Source of the DNA: Ginglymostoma cirratum
Lineage: Eukaryota
Direction of reading: 5' to 3'
DNA: 64,000 nucleotides
Assembly (NCBI GenBank): GCA_024137785.1
Contig: JAHRHZ010000039.1
Location: 62,001-126,000, forward strand
The notes under the pieces are model-generated. The model made no database searches. It had not been told where the DNA came from and saw only the letters and a program-made list of their open reading frames with translations. Of this stretch, positions 12,690-25,591 are shown one piece after another (within the stretch, counting starts at the first letter, position 1; every line of letters begins with the position of its first letter). A program made the translations under genes and the position numbers.

Positions 12690-13940
12690 AAATTCAGGCA
12701 ATCTAGAGGCTTCATAATTCTTCTAGAAGGAATTCTCATTGCACGTGGAAGATTGGTAGTTCCCTGGCTTAAGGACTGCTGACCTGATTTAATTCAGGAC
12801 CTGAGAAGGACTGTATAGCTTTCCTCCTCTGAAGGAACTTTTATCTCTTAGGTGTCTTTAGTGAAGCATGTCATTCCTGCTGAACCAGGAATTGTGCCAC
12901 TTCTTCATTTGGAGGACTTTCAATCTTTTGAACTTTCCTGTCAGAGGAATACTTTCCCACTGGAATAAGTAATTGCCATTTAACATTATGTGGAGCGATC
13001 TTTAACCTCAAGAACTTCTTTCATGGAAGACAGCTACTCTGATGAAACAGGTATATTCTTTTCTACTGTATCCTTGATTTCTGAGCCAAGCAATTTCTTT
13101 TTGACAACATCCTGGACCTTGGTGCCAAGCATCTTCTTTTGACCATGTCCTGAAGTTGTGGACATTGGCCATCCTACCTCAAGTGTGACTGCTGTAGAAT
13201 CATACACATTCCATTTTCAACAAATGTTTATTCTAGATCTGTGAGAAATCTCAATGCTAAAGTATGCAGACTCTGTACTTCAGATCGGAGATTAGATTGG
13301 ATGCTTGTATTTGTCCCCTGTGCTTCCTTTACTGATGAACCCAACATGTTCTCTTCCTCATTCATGCTACTTGAGGATTGCTGCTTACTTATCATGACCT
13401 CTGTCACTGGTATTAATGGTGCTTCCTTGGAAAATGAAGAATTGAAACATTCCTCTTGAACTTGGGTCACCTCATCATCTGACATCAAATGAGAATCTGC
13501 CATTACAGTTCATTTGCCAGGCTGTGCTGCTGTCTGAACAATTTCAATTAAAGATCAATCAATGAGATCAAATGGGTCAGTCTGCTCATTATCTTTCTCA
13601 TCATTTGCATCTTCTTGCAAACTTTGCTGACTTTTGCCGTCTGAACTCTCTTCAGTGCTGATAGGAGTGGAAAATGTTTCTGCCAGTCCTGTGTAATCAC
13701 ACATTTCCATCCTGTTGAATTATTCTCTCATGCCAACATGGGTCATATCAATCAATTCTGTCTTCGTTTTGGTTTCTGTCATGAGACTAGGAATCCCTTT
13801 AAAATTGTCTATTGGTTTTCCCTTGACTGAATGTTTAGCGGTTGGTGTTCAATAACTAATATTTATTTCACTTGTGATTCAAGGACTGGCATTTCCTTGA
13901 TCAGTTGTTTCAACACTGGCGTCTGCTGATGTCTTTTAAC
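12690..13940 (-). pseudogene. Decayed Ki-67 (MKI67)-like coding fragment
   Basis: One minus frame from about 13940 to 13228 with few stops: TPTAKHSVKGKPIDNFKGIPSLMTETKTKTELIDMTHVGMRE*FNRMEMCDYTGLAETFSTP, resembling Ki-67 repeats (DLSGxAEMFKTP-type), then a S/E/K-rich low-complexity region. Confidence 0.55.
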
Positions 13941-13944
13941 AAAA

Positions 13945-14666
13945 CAGTCTAAGAGAGATAGCTTTGGAGGTGAATGTGAATTTATTTACACTGGGAGTGT
14001 TTATGAGTGAACAAAGTAAACAGTAAGTGTAATGTGCTTTCACATAACAGATTCTAGAATTCTTTTTGGGCATAGGGAAACACCCACAGCTTGGTGAAAA
14101 GATATTTTATTTTTAATTTCAGGTTGCGCGTTTCTGCAGAAGTTTTTGCTGAAGCTAGATGTGTAAAGCAGTTGCTCCTGAGAAAGGGAGAGGATACTTT
14201 GGAATTTTTTAAAGTAAAAATACCTCCATGTAAGGAGTCCACTTTAAAAATTCCAGACCAATAGTGTTTGGTTAAAACCCTGGAGGGAGCATGAAAATGT
14301 ATAAGCTCAGTTATAGAATGAATCAAGGAAGAGGCTATAAGATTGTCACACTGGGGATGGAAACCATAACTAAGTCAAACACTGTGTGGGATAGAGAAGG
14401 GCATCCTCTCAGATGTTTGAGTAATGTAATGGGATGTTGTTGGGATTAATGATATTGTATTTATATCATGTTTCAAAGTCTTTAAACATATATTATATGA
14501 AACTTCTGTTTCATTGTTAAACCTAAATCTGCAACATTGCTTCCACATATTTCAGTGAGAGACCACCTTCTTAAAACCAGAAAGAAAAGCAAGATATGAT
14601 ATTTAAAGTCAGATTTCAAATTGGGATCTGACTTGTTCAGTAACAACATAATCTGGGATTATAACA
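13945..14666 (+). mobile_element. Solo-LTR-like sequence (5' end uncertain)
   Basis: Ends in ...gggatctgacttgttcag...ctgggattataaca (TAACA terminus); non-coding. Confidence 0.45.
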
Positions 14667-15699
14667 ATAGATTAACATTGAAATGGAGATTAAAATGCTC
14701 CTTTGGCTAGATTCACTGTGTTAAAGCTTTGTGAAATTTCTACACAGACTCAATAGCTCAACTGGTATATAACTGGGTTCAAAGGACAGTCTTCTTTGAT
14801 GTAGATACAATGATGGCGAATGAGATGACTTAATCAGACAAGAGTCCAAAGTCAGATTCTTGCCTTCAATAAAAGCTCTGCCAATCAAGTGCTCCTGCCT
14901 GAGATGGCAAGTTCACAATCCTGCTGTCAGTGGTGAGAAGCTCACTTCCTTGCATCTGCATCTTATTTATATTTCAATTCGCTCTTCCAATCTACCTCTC
15001 TACAATCAAGAAACTCGACAGAGAAAAACTCAACTGGTAAAACAGAGCAAGTCTCTGAAGACTTGAATTGTCAATGCCCATTGCAGCTCACGGAATGACT
15101 GTGCCAGCCACCTAGCTTCTCTTTACATGGAGCTGCTTCTTCTACACAAGATACACACTATGCTCAATGACAACACTATTCCTGGACCCATTGACCATGC
15201 AAATCAACATTGTCAAAGCTCTAACCTCACAACACAACCACATTTGGTCTTGGCCCAATTCAGCTGGGACTTTAGGATTTCAAGCATGTAATTTCGAACT
15301 GAGGGCTCCTGGCAGCTTGTTTCCGGCTATGGGAGAACCAAACATCACATGCATCTACACAAGATTTCTAGTGCTGACATGGACCCACACAACATCGGTG
15401 TTTTTGCTTGTTTTTAAGTCACACAGAACTTTAGCACTGAGTTAGAAACATGCAGCTTTACCTGCTTTAAAGTGAAGGAGAAGAAACACTCAACTTCTGT
15501 CAGTGGAAGCACTGAGGAATAAATATATCAGTCAGAGAAAGGATGACTGCACAGTGCCATATCAACATCAAAAATGTCCAGTCTATTCAGTCAGGTTTGC
15601 AGCTTCAGACAGTCAAGATGCTGGTCCGATTCTACGTGAGGTGATTGATTCTGCATAATTCCGAGGATCCATGTCCTTGGACCATGGTCAGTCCATAAA

Positions 15700-16180
15700 A
15701 CCAATCAGACATAGGAGCAGAAGTAGGCCATTCTGCCTATTGAGCCTCGTCCACCATTCAATGAGATCATGGCTGATTTGATTACCCTCAAAACCACACT
15801 CCTTCCTTTTCTCATATCACACTTGAATCTTTTACTGATTAAATATCTGTCAATTTCAGCCTTGAATACTCTTAATGATTGAGCTTTAGCAGCCCTCTGT
15901 GGTAAAAAAAATCTACAGATTCACAACGCTCCGTCAGAAGAAATTTCTCCTCATCTCTGCCTTAAATATCCTAACCCTTATTTGAAGATTATGCCCTGTG
16001 GTCCTAGAATCTCCAACGAAGGGAAACAACTTTTCTGCATCAACCCTGTTAAGTTCTCTAAAAATCTTCCAAGGTTCAATAAGCTCACCTCTCATTCTTC
16101 TACAGCTCAACAAGTACAGGCTCAATCTATCAACCTTTCTTCATAGGATAATCCGTCCATACTTGGTATCAACTTAGTAA
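15700..16180 (-). mobile_element. CR1-clade LINE 3' fragment
   Basis: ORF 15934-16125 RMRGELIE...FKAEMRRNFF; tail ataggagcagaagtaggccatt. Confidence 0.9.
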
Positions 16181-16184
16181 ATAA

Positions 16185-16302
16185 AGTGGATGCTAGAAAT
16201 CTGAAACAAGCACAGAGAATGCTGGAAAAGTTCAGCAGGTCTGGCATCATCTGTGGAGAGAGAGACAGAGTTAATGGTTCAAATCTGGTTTGACTCTTCT
16301 GA
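16185..16302. repeat. Half fold-back Penelope-related element
   Basis: gatgctagaaatctgaaacaag...gctggaaaagttcagcaggtctggcatcatctgtggagagagagacagagttaa, homologous to 8775-8865. Confidence 0.75.
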
Positions 16303-16324
16303 AGAAGCAGTCCATGTTCAAATG

Positions 16325-17062
16325 CAATAAGACCTGGGCAATATCCCAGCTTGGGCTGACCAGTGCAAAGTTACATTCATGTCATACAAATGCTAGGCGA
16401 TGACCATCTTCAATAAAAGTCAATCTAACCACCACCACCTAATAGTCAATGATGTTACCATCACTGAATCCCCCATTATCAACATCCTCGGATTTTCTAT
16501 TGACCAGAAACTGGCCATATAAATGTAATGGCTCAAAAAGCAGGTTTTGAGGCTAGAAGTAATGCAGTGAGTAACTCACTTCCTGATCTCCAGAGCCTGT
16601 GCACCAGCTACAGAGCAGAATTCAGCAGTGCCATGCCTGAATGAGTGGAGATCCAAAAACACTCAAGAAGCTTGACATCAAAGCAATCTACTTGAATGGC
16701 ATCATATCCACAAACATCTTTCCCTCTAACATTGACATTCAATCACAGCAGTGTCTACTCTCTACAAACTACATTGCAGAAACTCACCAAAGATCCTCAG
16801 TCAGTATCTTCCAAACCCATGACCATTTCCATCCAGAAGGACTGGGGCGGCAGATACATGTGTATACCCCCATTCCTTCACCATCGCTGGATCAAAACCC
16901 TGAAATGCCCTCCATAATGGTATTGCGGGTCTACCTACAGCGCATGTTCTACAGCGGTTCAAGATGGCAGCTCAACGCCATCTTGTCAAGGGCAACTAAG
17001 GATGAGCAATAAATGCTGACCCAGCTAGTGACCCCCAAATCCCATGAATGAATAAAACAAAA
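16325..17062 (+). mobile_element. CR1/L2-group LINE 3' part (second family; tail shared with tRNA-headed SINE)
   Basis: Decayed RT C-terminus (DLGNIPAWADQCKVTF...KC*AMTI); ends gggcaactaaggatgagcaataaatgctgacccagc...cccatgaatgaataaaa. Confidence 0.75.
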
Positions 17063-17375
17063 ATACTGCCTACAACACCAAGGACCCTCATCTTACGAAA
17101 TAGCCTAAAGTATGATATGTTATCAAAAGCCTTTAGTCCTCCAGAACAAGTGTAGATAAGCTCTGGGGTGTATGCACATCAGTTGGTGTGTTGTTGAGAT
17201 ATCCATTCCTGAAATAACAGTCAATCAATGTTGTTCTGACAAACCAGTGTGCAAGGTGGGCCATGATCATTCATAGAGATTTGATTGCCAAAGGTCAGAG
17301 GGTTTATTGGGCGCAGTCCATGGCATTCTGGGGAAAGTGGGCAGTTCAAGAAGAAATGGGCAGATCAAGTCTAGG

Positions 17376-17475
17376 TCATTTCTGAAGAAGGGTCTAGGCC
17401 CAAAACGTCAACCTTTCCTGCTCCTCTGATGCTGCTTGGCCTGCTGTGTTCATCCAGCTCTACACCTTGTTATCT
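17376..17475 (+). mobile_element. Solo Penelope terminal repeat with 15-bp target-site duplication
   Basis: Matches 44905-45003; flanked by cagatcaagtctagg at 17361-17375 and 17476-17490. Confidence 0.85.
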
Positions 17476-18819
17476 CAGATCAAGTCTAGGGATGGGTTTC
17501 ATCGCGCTGGTTGCTGAGGGATGGTTCCCGTGTTAGGCAACAACTTGGAGGTACTAAGGTGGAACCTAACTAATAGGAAGGGCCCAGGATCTCTTAAAAT
17601 AGGGTTCATGCATGGCATAGTTACCCTGGCCTCTACATGGAGAAGGTGCAGGGCCAACAAGGATATAGGAATCTCCAGAGTCATGGGGACTGGAGGTAAA
17701 ATAGTCAAATTAACAGTGATATAAATGAGGGGCTCAAACAAAATGAGGGGAGTCTGAAGGGTCATCTGAGGCTCAGGGACAGTAACACAAAGAACAGTAG
17801 ATTATCTTATGGTCACAGGCAGAGACCGAAAGTCATTAAAGTGAACACAATATAGGAACCTCAACGTATCGAGTCAACAGTCAACTATAAAACTTTACAA
17901 AATGACTAGAACTACGTGCAGAGTAGGATGAGTAAGATATTCTTTCCCTCTATGGGGGAGAAGTTTGCAACATTCTTTTTATGGCCCCATGAAGTAGCAG
18001 TTGCAGTCATCATGCCTTTACTTACTAAGCAATCTTACGCAGTGGAACCCTCGACCCACTCCATCTGGAGCTCTGTAATTGGTAAAGATTGCAGATAAAA
18101 GTCATATAGCTTCAAGCTTTCATGGGCGAAATGTATGTCTACTTATTGCCTTCTTGTCGAGTAATTTCAAAACATTGTAGTATGACAGGGAACTTAAAAG
18201 TTCAACATACATTTTCAATTGGCAATGGCAATTTCCTAATTGAGGACACATAGCATCCACCTTATCCTCACACAGAGAAGTCTGCAAGAAGTGAAGCTGT
18301 GAGGTGGGAGGGAGGTTTTATGAGTTTGGGTAATTTCATGGTGGTTTACCGGGAGAAACCTATTCCCAATACAGCATAGACATCTTTAGTGTTAACTACG
18401 CACTTGGTAAAGGTCACACATCTTAGAAGTCCTTATAATGCATGAGAATGTCATCCTTGGGAAGCCACTGTACTACACTTTGTGAATTCAGCTCAACTGT
18501 TAGGGAAATGAGGGTTCATATTTCAGTAAAACTGCGTGAACTCATTGCCTTTCCCCATGGATTGTTTGCTAATAAAGCTGAATTGTCAAACGTAATGCCA
18601 ACTGTATTTGTGACCTTGCTCCTACTGAGAATGAACAGGAAAAGAGACAGCAGAGGCAAGATCTTCTGCAAGGCCAGCAAGAAGCTGCTGTATAGCCTCA
18701 GAGGGAGAGGCAACAGGACAGGATCTATCAAGGAGGCATAAAGCAATGCCAAGAATCAGGGTTTAAAAGCTGCTGCAATTACGTGCATAGCTCAAATGAT
18801 AATGCAGCAGAACATTAAC

Positions 18820-19000
18820 TTGGATTTCAGTGGGACCTCCTAATCCTCCACTCATTTGTGCATTTGGAATGTTACTGATGCCATTTTCATAAGAACACAA
18901 CTCTTGAATGCCTTTCAATCTTGATGAAGAGAGTCAAATTAGGATTCCCTTGCATTGCTGGTGCAGGGTGCTATCATTTGTGCTTATGTTGCTTTAAGAG
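18820..19000 (+). mobile_element. PIF/Harbinger transposase remnant
   Basis: DFSGTS*SSTHLCIWNVTDAIF ... VQGAIICAYVALR resembles the Harbinger motifs G.SQS...R....VTDAL and V.GAIDCTHV. Confidence 0.6.
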
Positions 19001-20447
19001 AAATAGGGATGGCTGCCGTAAGACAAGGGATACACCCCTCCCCACCCCCAACCCCCGGCCCCGAACCTGACTCACAACGCCTGTAGGAAATGCACAGGTC
19101 ATTGCAGTTGAAGGTACAACACTTCCAACAGGTTTAAAGTAGAATATACAATATGTCTCCTGAAGATACTTTTCAATGCTTGGACTGCTCCAGCAGGACT
19201 TTACCGTATATTCCAGGCAGAGTCACTAGTACCAAACACCATTTGTACAAATGAAGTGGGGATGTCCTGGATGTAGAAAAAATAGAGGAAGTTGAACATG
19301 AAAATGACTTGTGTAAAGGCTGAAGGCCTCTGAACAACTTTGGAATTATGTCATAGAACTGTTTCTCCCTGGACATAAATAGCACAATATGGGTGGAGTT
19401 AAGAAAGAAGAGAGAAACACATGGACAGCAAGATAGAAGCCTGAAGTCTAGCTATGTGAATGACAGAAGTACTTACAGAGACAGTTATGGAGTAGTCTTC
19501 CAAAAATGTAACAGTAAGGTTAAAGCCTGGGATATCTCTGATTATTTCGTGTTTAGTCCTAGTATATAGTAAACAGTGACACAATGAATTGTAAGTGTAA
19601 AGACAGTTCTTGCCTTACCTTCTCCTTGGTCATTTTATCTTGAACACAAACTCTTGGACATGGGCATAAAGCCACTGGCAAAGAGGGCGAGGATCAGGAT
19701 CTTAAGCAAGAGAACTGGTTAAGCAGGAGAACAGAGGAATGTTTTGGACAGGCGAAGAGGCCAGATACAATCTTATTGACAGCTGCGTCTAGGAAAATAA
19801 TGCAGTGTTTTCAAATTTGTTTGATTGTTTACATTTTTTGGTTTCTGAACCGCCATCCTGCTAAGTTTAAAGAGCATGTCTAATTTGTTAGTTTGCTGTT
19901 ATTTACTTTGCTTTATTTCAGATTGAATGTTACATTGCCCATATTACTGTAGAAATAATAACTTCAGTTGAACCAAAATTAAAGTATCTACGTAGACTCT
20001 TCCCTGCATCACCATTAGGGGAAGAAAACAGCTCTGAAACGGTGCACTAAAATCATATGGCAATAAAGACATGTCGCTCTGAACTCATCTGTGAGAATAT
20101 GGCATGAGTCATCTGCAATCCTTGCTCTCATGGGAACCTCAAAGTTGATACGGGTCCTGACAAATCTCCATTTGTCCCTTCCTTCATCTCTATCCTTTCA
20201 ATGATTCAGTGCTCAGGGACTGTAACATCACCTGAATATACTTAAACATTTTTATGCGTGCAAAACCTGCAGGAGATAGCACTTTGTGCATGTTTTCTCT
20301 CCAGACTACTGCATTGTGAGGAACAGACAATATTTGAACTGCCCATCAATATCTCTCACTCTTGAATGTCACTGTGCTTCCTTGAAAATAATTGATGCAT
20401 AGGAACAAGCTTGCCCTACTGAGATGTGTGGAATCATCGCACTTCTG

Positions 20448-20578
20448 TTCTGTAGAAGAGTCACTGGACCCAAAAATGTTAACTCTGCTTTTCTCCAAAG
20501 ATGCTGCCAGACCTGTTGTGTTTTTCTGTTTTTGTTGAGGATCTTCAGCATCGACAACCCTTTGTTTTATTTTATTAG
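20448..20578. repeat. Half fold-back Penelope-related element
   Basis: ttctgtagaagagtcactggacccaaaaatgttaactctg...gatgctgccagacctg, homologous to 8880-9064. Confidence 0.75.
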
Positions 20579-21599
20579 TTAGGGAGATGTTGCTGCCCCT
20601 TATAAATGTATCAAAACTAGAAACCAACATTTTAAAGCATTTTGCAAAAGAATCAAATGTGCAGCTTTTAACACAATGTTTAGGTAAGGAATGTGTGGTG
20701 GAGACAATATATAAACAATATATAAGGATATGGGGTAGAGTCATGACACTAAGTTAAGATGGTCAGATAGCCAGTGCAGGCATGATGAGCTTAATAGCCT
20801 CCTTTTACATTGTAACAATTCTGTGATTGCCTTTAGCCTCAGTGCTGCCCAAATTAGCTTACAATGCTGTGGCTGTAGTCCTCAAAGTTAGGGGTCAAGG
20901 ATTCTTGACAACTACTGTTATCACTAGTCAAAGACTTATTTGCTTGCGAGAGATGAGCAATGGTTGTTGATTACACCTATTACATCCTTACATCCTCACA
21001 TCCTCACATCACTCAGATGTAACAATACAAGTAAAAATATATTAAGATATGCTGTCTTATCTACAATGACGTAGCATCCGTGTCATCTCTGTGCCCTCAA
21101 TACTTTTTCTTCTTCCTTCCCACTACATTCAGGTGCAAGCCCAAATTCAGATATTTTGGAAGGAGTCTGCTCTGTGGTTGACCCTCCTGACTTGGCAGAT
21201 TTGGGTGGTTGTTGCCTGATGCCTTTGGGCCTAAAGAGCCCAAGCTGAGAATCTCTAGCCCAGGTGTAGACTTCCGTGGCTAAAATAATGGAGTGCAGGT
21301 CCAAGTGCATATCTGACAGCCACTGAGAGTTCAGCTGGACTGAGTCTGTGGGGTCACCACCCTTTCCACAGACACAGCTAGTGTTGCATGCCAGAGCCAT
21401 CAAAGCTATGAGAACATTGAAGTACTCCATCTTTTGTCCCAGCCAGCTGTGTGTCTCTAGCACACCCACCCGATGGTCTGTGCAGGTTGAGCAAATCACT
21501 TATGGCCAAGAACAGGCAAGGGACTGAATTGGTCTCTGGGCAGTTCTCTACGTACAAGAGATGTCAGATACTTTTTTCTGCAGGGGCTGCAAAAATGCA

Positions 21600-21820
21600 A
21601 AAATATAACAACAAGAATCAGGGGTAGCCATTCAGCCCCTCAAGCCTGCTTCACCATTTAACATGATCATGGCGGATTTCATCTCGGCCTCAACCCGACT
21701 TTCCGGCCCACTCTCCATAGCCCTTAAACCCATCGCTAATGAAAAATCTGCCAATCTCCTCCTAAATTTTTGTGCAGTGTCCCACTATCCAGCACACTCT
21801 GGGACAGTGAATTCCACACA
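21600..21820 (-). mobile_element. CR1 3' tail fragment
   Basis: gtagccattcagcccctcaagcctgcttcaccatttaacatgatcatggc...gaattccaca. Confidence 0.75.
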
Positions 21821-23077
21821 AAGATTATAGTCTCTGTGCAGGTGAACATCTTGTCAGTACATACTTTGGGGGTCTACAGAATTGCTAATCAGAGATTGAG
21901 CTGTCACTGAGGGGTTAGGCTGTGGTCTCCTCCTCACAAAGTTCCTTTGCTGCTGTTAGTGCCTGTATAATAAGAGAAGAGAAAGGACTATGCAAGCTAA
22001 CTCACCTCAAGATGCAGTAGAAATGACTCCATGGAACTCACTCCATAGAAAAGGTTCTTTTGCTTGAAAAAGGAAAGTCACATTCTAAATCGCAGAGTTG
22101 TGGTTTCAAGTCCTACAGCTGAGTATTAAACTTTCTCTGAATCACTTTAGTCCAAATGCATTTGACAAACTTTAACTGAAAAAGTGCTTTTAAACTAAAT
22201 GTTGCAATCAATTCTCCACATTGGAAGTTGAGAATCTTATTTATTGAAATTTCCTGATTAAATGTCTTCATCCTTTATTAATCATCAGCAACACACCAAA
22301 TCAGGGGCAAGGGGGAACCCATCCACTAGAACAACAACTATTTTCCTTCAGCCATTTAATAGCCAATTGACCAATAATAGAAGGGACATATCGTACTCAT
22401 AGCCAATCCCAACAGGGAAATTTGGCAGATTGAATATTTGGCATGGATTTCTCTGGATGTCAGCTAAATCTCAGAGGTTGTGCGATGGAACTACTACTAT
22501 TGAACATCCCTCTGCCCGGATCTATCGATGGCTACTTCAGTCTTGCCCAGGAGCATGCCCATGAGAAAGCCCTATACCCAGCGTGCCCCATCTGCAGCAG
22601 GTGCCCAAAGATCACCAGCGTGAGGCTCAAGTGCATCTAAAGGAGCAACAAGAGGTGCTTAAGAAAACAGAGAAGGGACTGAAACTACCTACAAACTATA
22701 TAAATGTGGTCCACAGCCTCACAAAGTAAACAGTTGGCCTGGAAGTCCAACTTGGCCTGGAAGATTAAGATCTGTGAGTAAGGTCCCTCCACTCCAGGCC
22801 CCTGATAGAAAGCAGACGAGCTTCCGTATAGAGAGCCCTCCACAAGGATACAGCTCTTTCTTTTCATAAAATAAACTCACTGCCAGTCTAAAAATTGTCC
22901 ACTGAATCAAAGTACAAACAGTGACCACCAGGGGCAGTGTGACAACAATAACAAAAATCAAGAAGTGGAGGAAAAAGGGAATGGACAAAGTCAAAATTGT
23001 CGGAGGAGGAGATAATGTACCCCATGGTGCAAAGATCCCAGCTCTTGATATTCCATGATCAAGCTGTTCAAATATAA

Positions 23078-23220
23078 TCTGAAGGAGGGCCTCTGGACTT
23101 GAAACATTAACTCTGTTTTCTCTCCACAGATGTTGCCAGACCTGTTGAGTTTCCTTGAGCAAATTCTGTTTTTGTTTGTTTCAGATCTCCAGCATCTGCA
23201 GTTAGTTAGTTTCATTTTAC
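23078..23220. repeat. Half fold-back Penelope-related element inserted in a tRNA-like unit
   Basis: tctgaaggagggcctctggacttgaaacattaactctgttttctctccacagatgttgccagacctg. Confidence 0.75.
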
Positions 23221-23230
23221 TGCTCAAACA

Positions 23231-23970
23231 TGTTTTTACACATCTCTGGGGTGAGTGGAACTTGAACCTGGATCTCTGAACTCAGAAATAGGGACACTAA
23301 CACAGCACAACAGGAGCCCTTCAAAGCCCAGGTCCTAATTTTTGAGACAAGGATATACTACTGGTAGGAACAGCCAAGTAAAGACTCCTGCTTGTTTTAT
23401 ATTTCCTTTTTTTCCAACACAAAATCATCTAATTTTATTTTTATCCTTTAACCAGCATCAGTAAATCACCCAAGTTTTCCAATTGATTAATTTATGTGCA
23501 AAGTCCCTTAAGCGTAAAACAGACCATTAAATGTCAGTGAGAAGTAGGGAGAGGGGGCAAAGCCCAGCTCTTTTACTTGTATATCCAGAAGAGTTATCAT
23601 AAACAACAGAGCAACTTTCCCACCATCAAATCACAATTGACTCTTTTTTTTTGTTTTTAACATTTAACCACCACCTGTAAAGGGCACAGCTCTTTTTATT
23701 AGCCTATTTTCTACCCAATCTGTTCAGAGATATTATTATACACCCCTTGAACAGGTGGGACTTAAATTTGGACCTTCTGGCTCAAAGGTAGGGATCCTAT
23801 CACTGCACCACAAGAGACCCCAAGGGCCCACCTCTTTTTGTTTTATTTAATCTATTTTTCTAATCAACCTGTTCAGAGATGTTATTACCTCTGGAGCAAA
23901 TGGGACTTGAACTCAGGCCTCTTGGTCCAGGGGTGGGGACAGTACCACTTCACTACAAGAGGGACCCCAG
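23231..23970 (-). repeat. Three tandem tRNA-derived SINE-like heads
   Basis: Copies at about 23231-23320, 23705-23820 and 23850-23968; the minus strand shows an A-box (tggtgcagtg) and a B-box (ggttcaagttcc / gttcaagtcc). Confidence 0.7.
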
Positions 23971-25144
23971 TGGTCCACCTCTTAAATACAAAATCCAAAG
24001 AGCATCACCTATTCTTAATTAGCACTGGAATTGTGCCATTTGACTTGTAAATGGGTCTGCATTTCCAACACTGACATTTATGTTGGAATTAATCTCCTAC
24101 TTAGGGGGTTTAAGGTAGCCCTCTGGATAGAACAGGCAGTTTATTGTACTTACTAGATTCATCAAGTCTACCACCCGACCGGTTTTCTGTTGGTCAGATT
24201 TCATAAAATCCAACCCGTAACAATAGTGGGTGAAGGAAAAGGAATGGACCATACGCGAGAGCAGAATGCAGAGAACTAGAGAGGCACTGTAAGATAGAAT
24301 GGAGAAAGGGAAAGGTGATAGACTGGAATTATATCAAGACATCTTTAGGGCATGCTCAGTGTAAAAGAGATGAACTGTGAGAACAGCTTAGAGAAGATTA
24401 TATGTTATCAGCTCGAAGAAAGATAATTAAGGAACCTCACTCAAAGACCTCAGCTGCGCAACCTCTCTTCGGATGTGTGGTTCAGAATGTAAGTGCTCTT
24501 AAGTTTATATCAGTGCCTTTTTACTTTGTTCATTCAGTCTTGCACTGGTACTCTGTACAGAAAGCAACCCAGCACTTATAGCCACTTTAAAAAGCTGAGC
24601 AGCTAAGAGTACTAGTTTGGATCTGAAAGAAAGGTGTTTTTGTTTAGCAAATGTATCTAGGATTGAGCTGATAGTCAAAATCCACCATGTCCACCATTGC
24701 TAACAAGACAAATGGGCACAGAACTACATAAAATGAATTGCTTTGGTTTTGCTGTGTCTATTGTGAAAATGACCAACGATCTTTGTGAGGCTGCAGTTTC
24801 TTTTCAGGATTTAGTTCCACAATTTACAATATGGACTGAACATCTAAATGACTTAATCAAGTTGTTTATTATTCTTGCTGTAATATCTATTCAAGTAAAC
24901 TTGTGTTTTCTAATAACCATTGAGTTCCGTTTAACAAGAAATGAATTAGGAGTTGATTGACTTTAGTTGAAATCTTGTTTAATTGAATATTGATTCTCTT
25001 ACCAAATAACAAGATATAATTAGATTGTAATTTTTTAAAATCATGTCTGTCTGTCCAAAACTTATAAAGTTATATTGCTATGATGATTGAAGAACCTACT
25101 TTTGTAAACCTTCTCTTAGAATCAGATGTAGAATGAAACAGCAG

Positions 25145-25242
25145 GGGTCTTGTGCTTCAGTGGTAGTTTCCCTACGTCTGGACTAGGAGATCACATTCAA
25201 GTCCTACCTGTCATAACCTGCGTGAACAGGTTGATTTAAAAT
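25145..25242 (+). mobile_element. Short tRNA-derived SINE (same family as 23.2-24.0 kb units)
   Basis: gggtcttgtgcttcagtggtagtttccctac...attcaagtcctacctg...gaacaggttgatttaaaata. Confidence 0.7.
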
Positions 25243-25591
25243 AATTAGAATTCAACAGCATTTCAACATAGTTTATAACATGTCTGCAATTTTAAAGGAA
25301 CAGGGATGGATGGGAGGAGAAAAGTGGAAGAATATTGTGACACCAGTTAACAACAGGTACAGTGTACTATCTGGAGGGCCAAATGATTTCATTGACTGAA
25401 GTAAAAGATGACAGCACTAGGAAAATAGAGCAGGCTGGGAAGTTGCACAATATGAGAAAAAAAAACTGCACCATCTGTAATGCAATTTAATGTATTTCAT
25501 TAATACTAGCTTTCTTAGGCTGTCTGAAGTGAACCCTAAGAAAGTCTGGAATCTTGAAATGTAGGTTCTTTTTCTGTGAAAACTGATGAAG

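Noticed and set aside
19922-20050. Strong acceptor followed by open frame IECYIAHITVEIITSVEPKLK...
   Set aside because: Phase 0, so incompatible with the upstream phase-1 candidate exon; no good donor; no recognisable homology.
22845-23985. CRISPR-like repeat-spacer reading of the recurring cagctctt motif
   Set aside because: The motif is short and degenerate, spacing is irregular, the context is vertebrate, and there are no cas genes.
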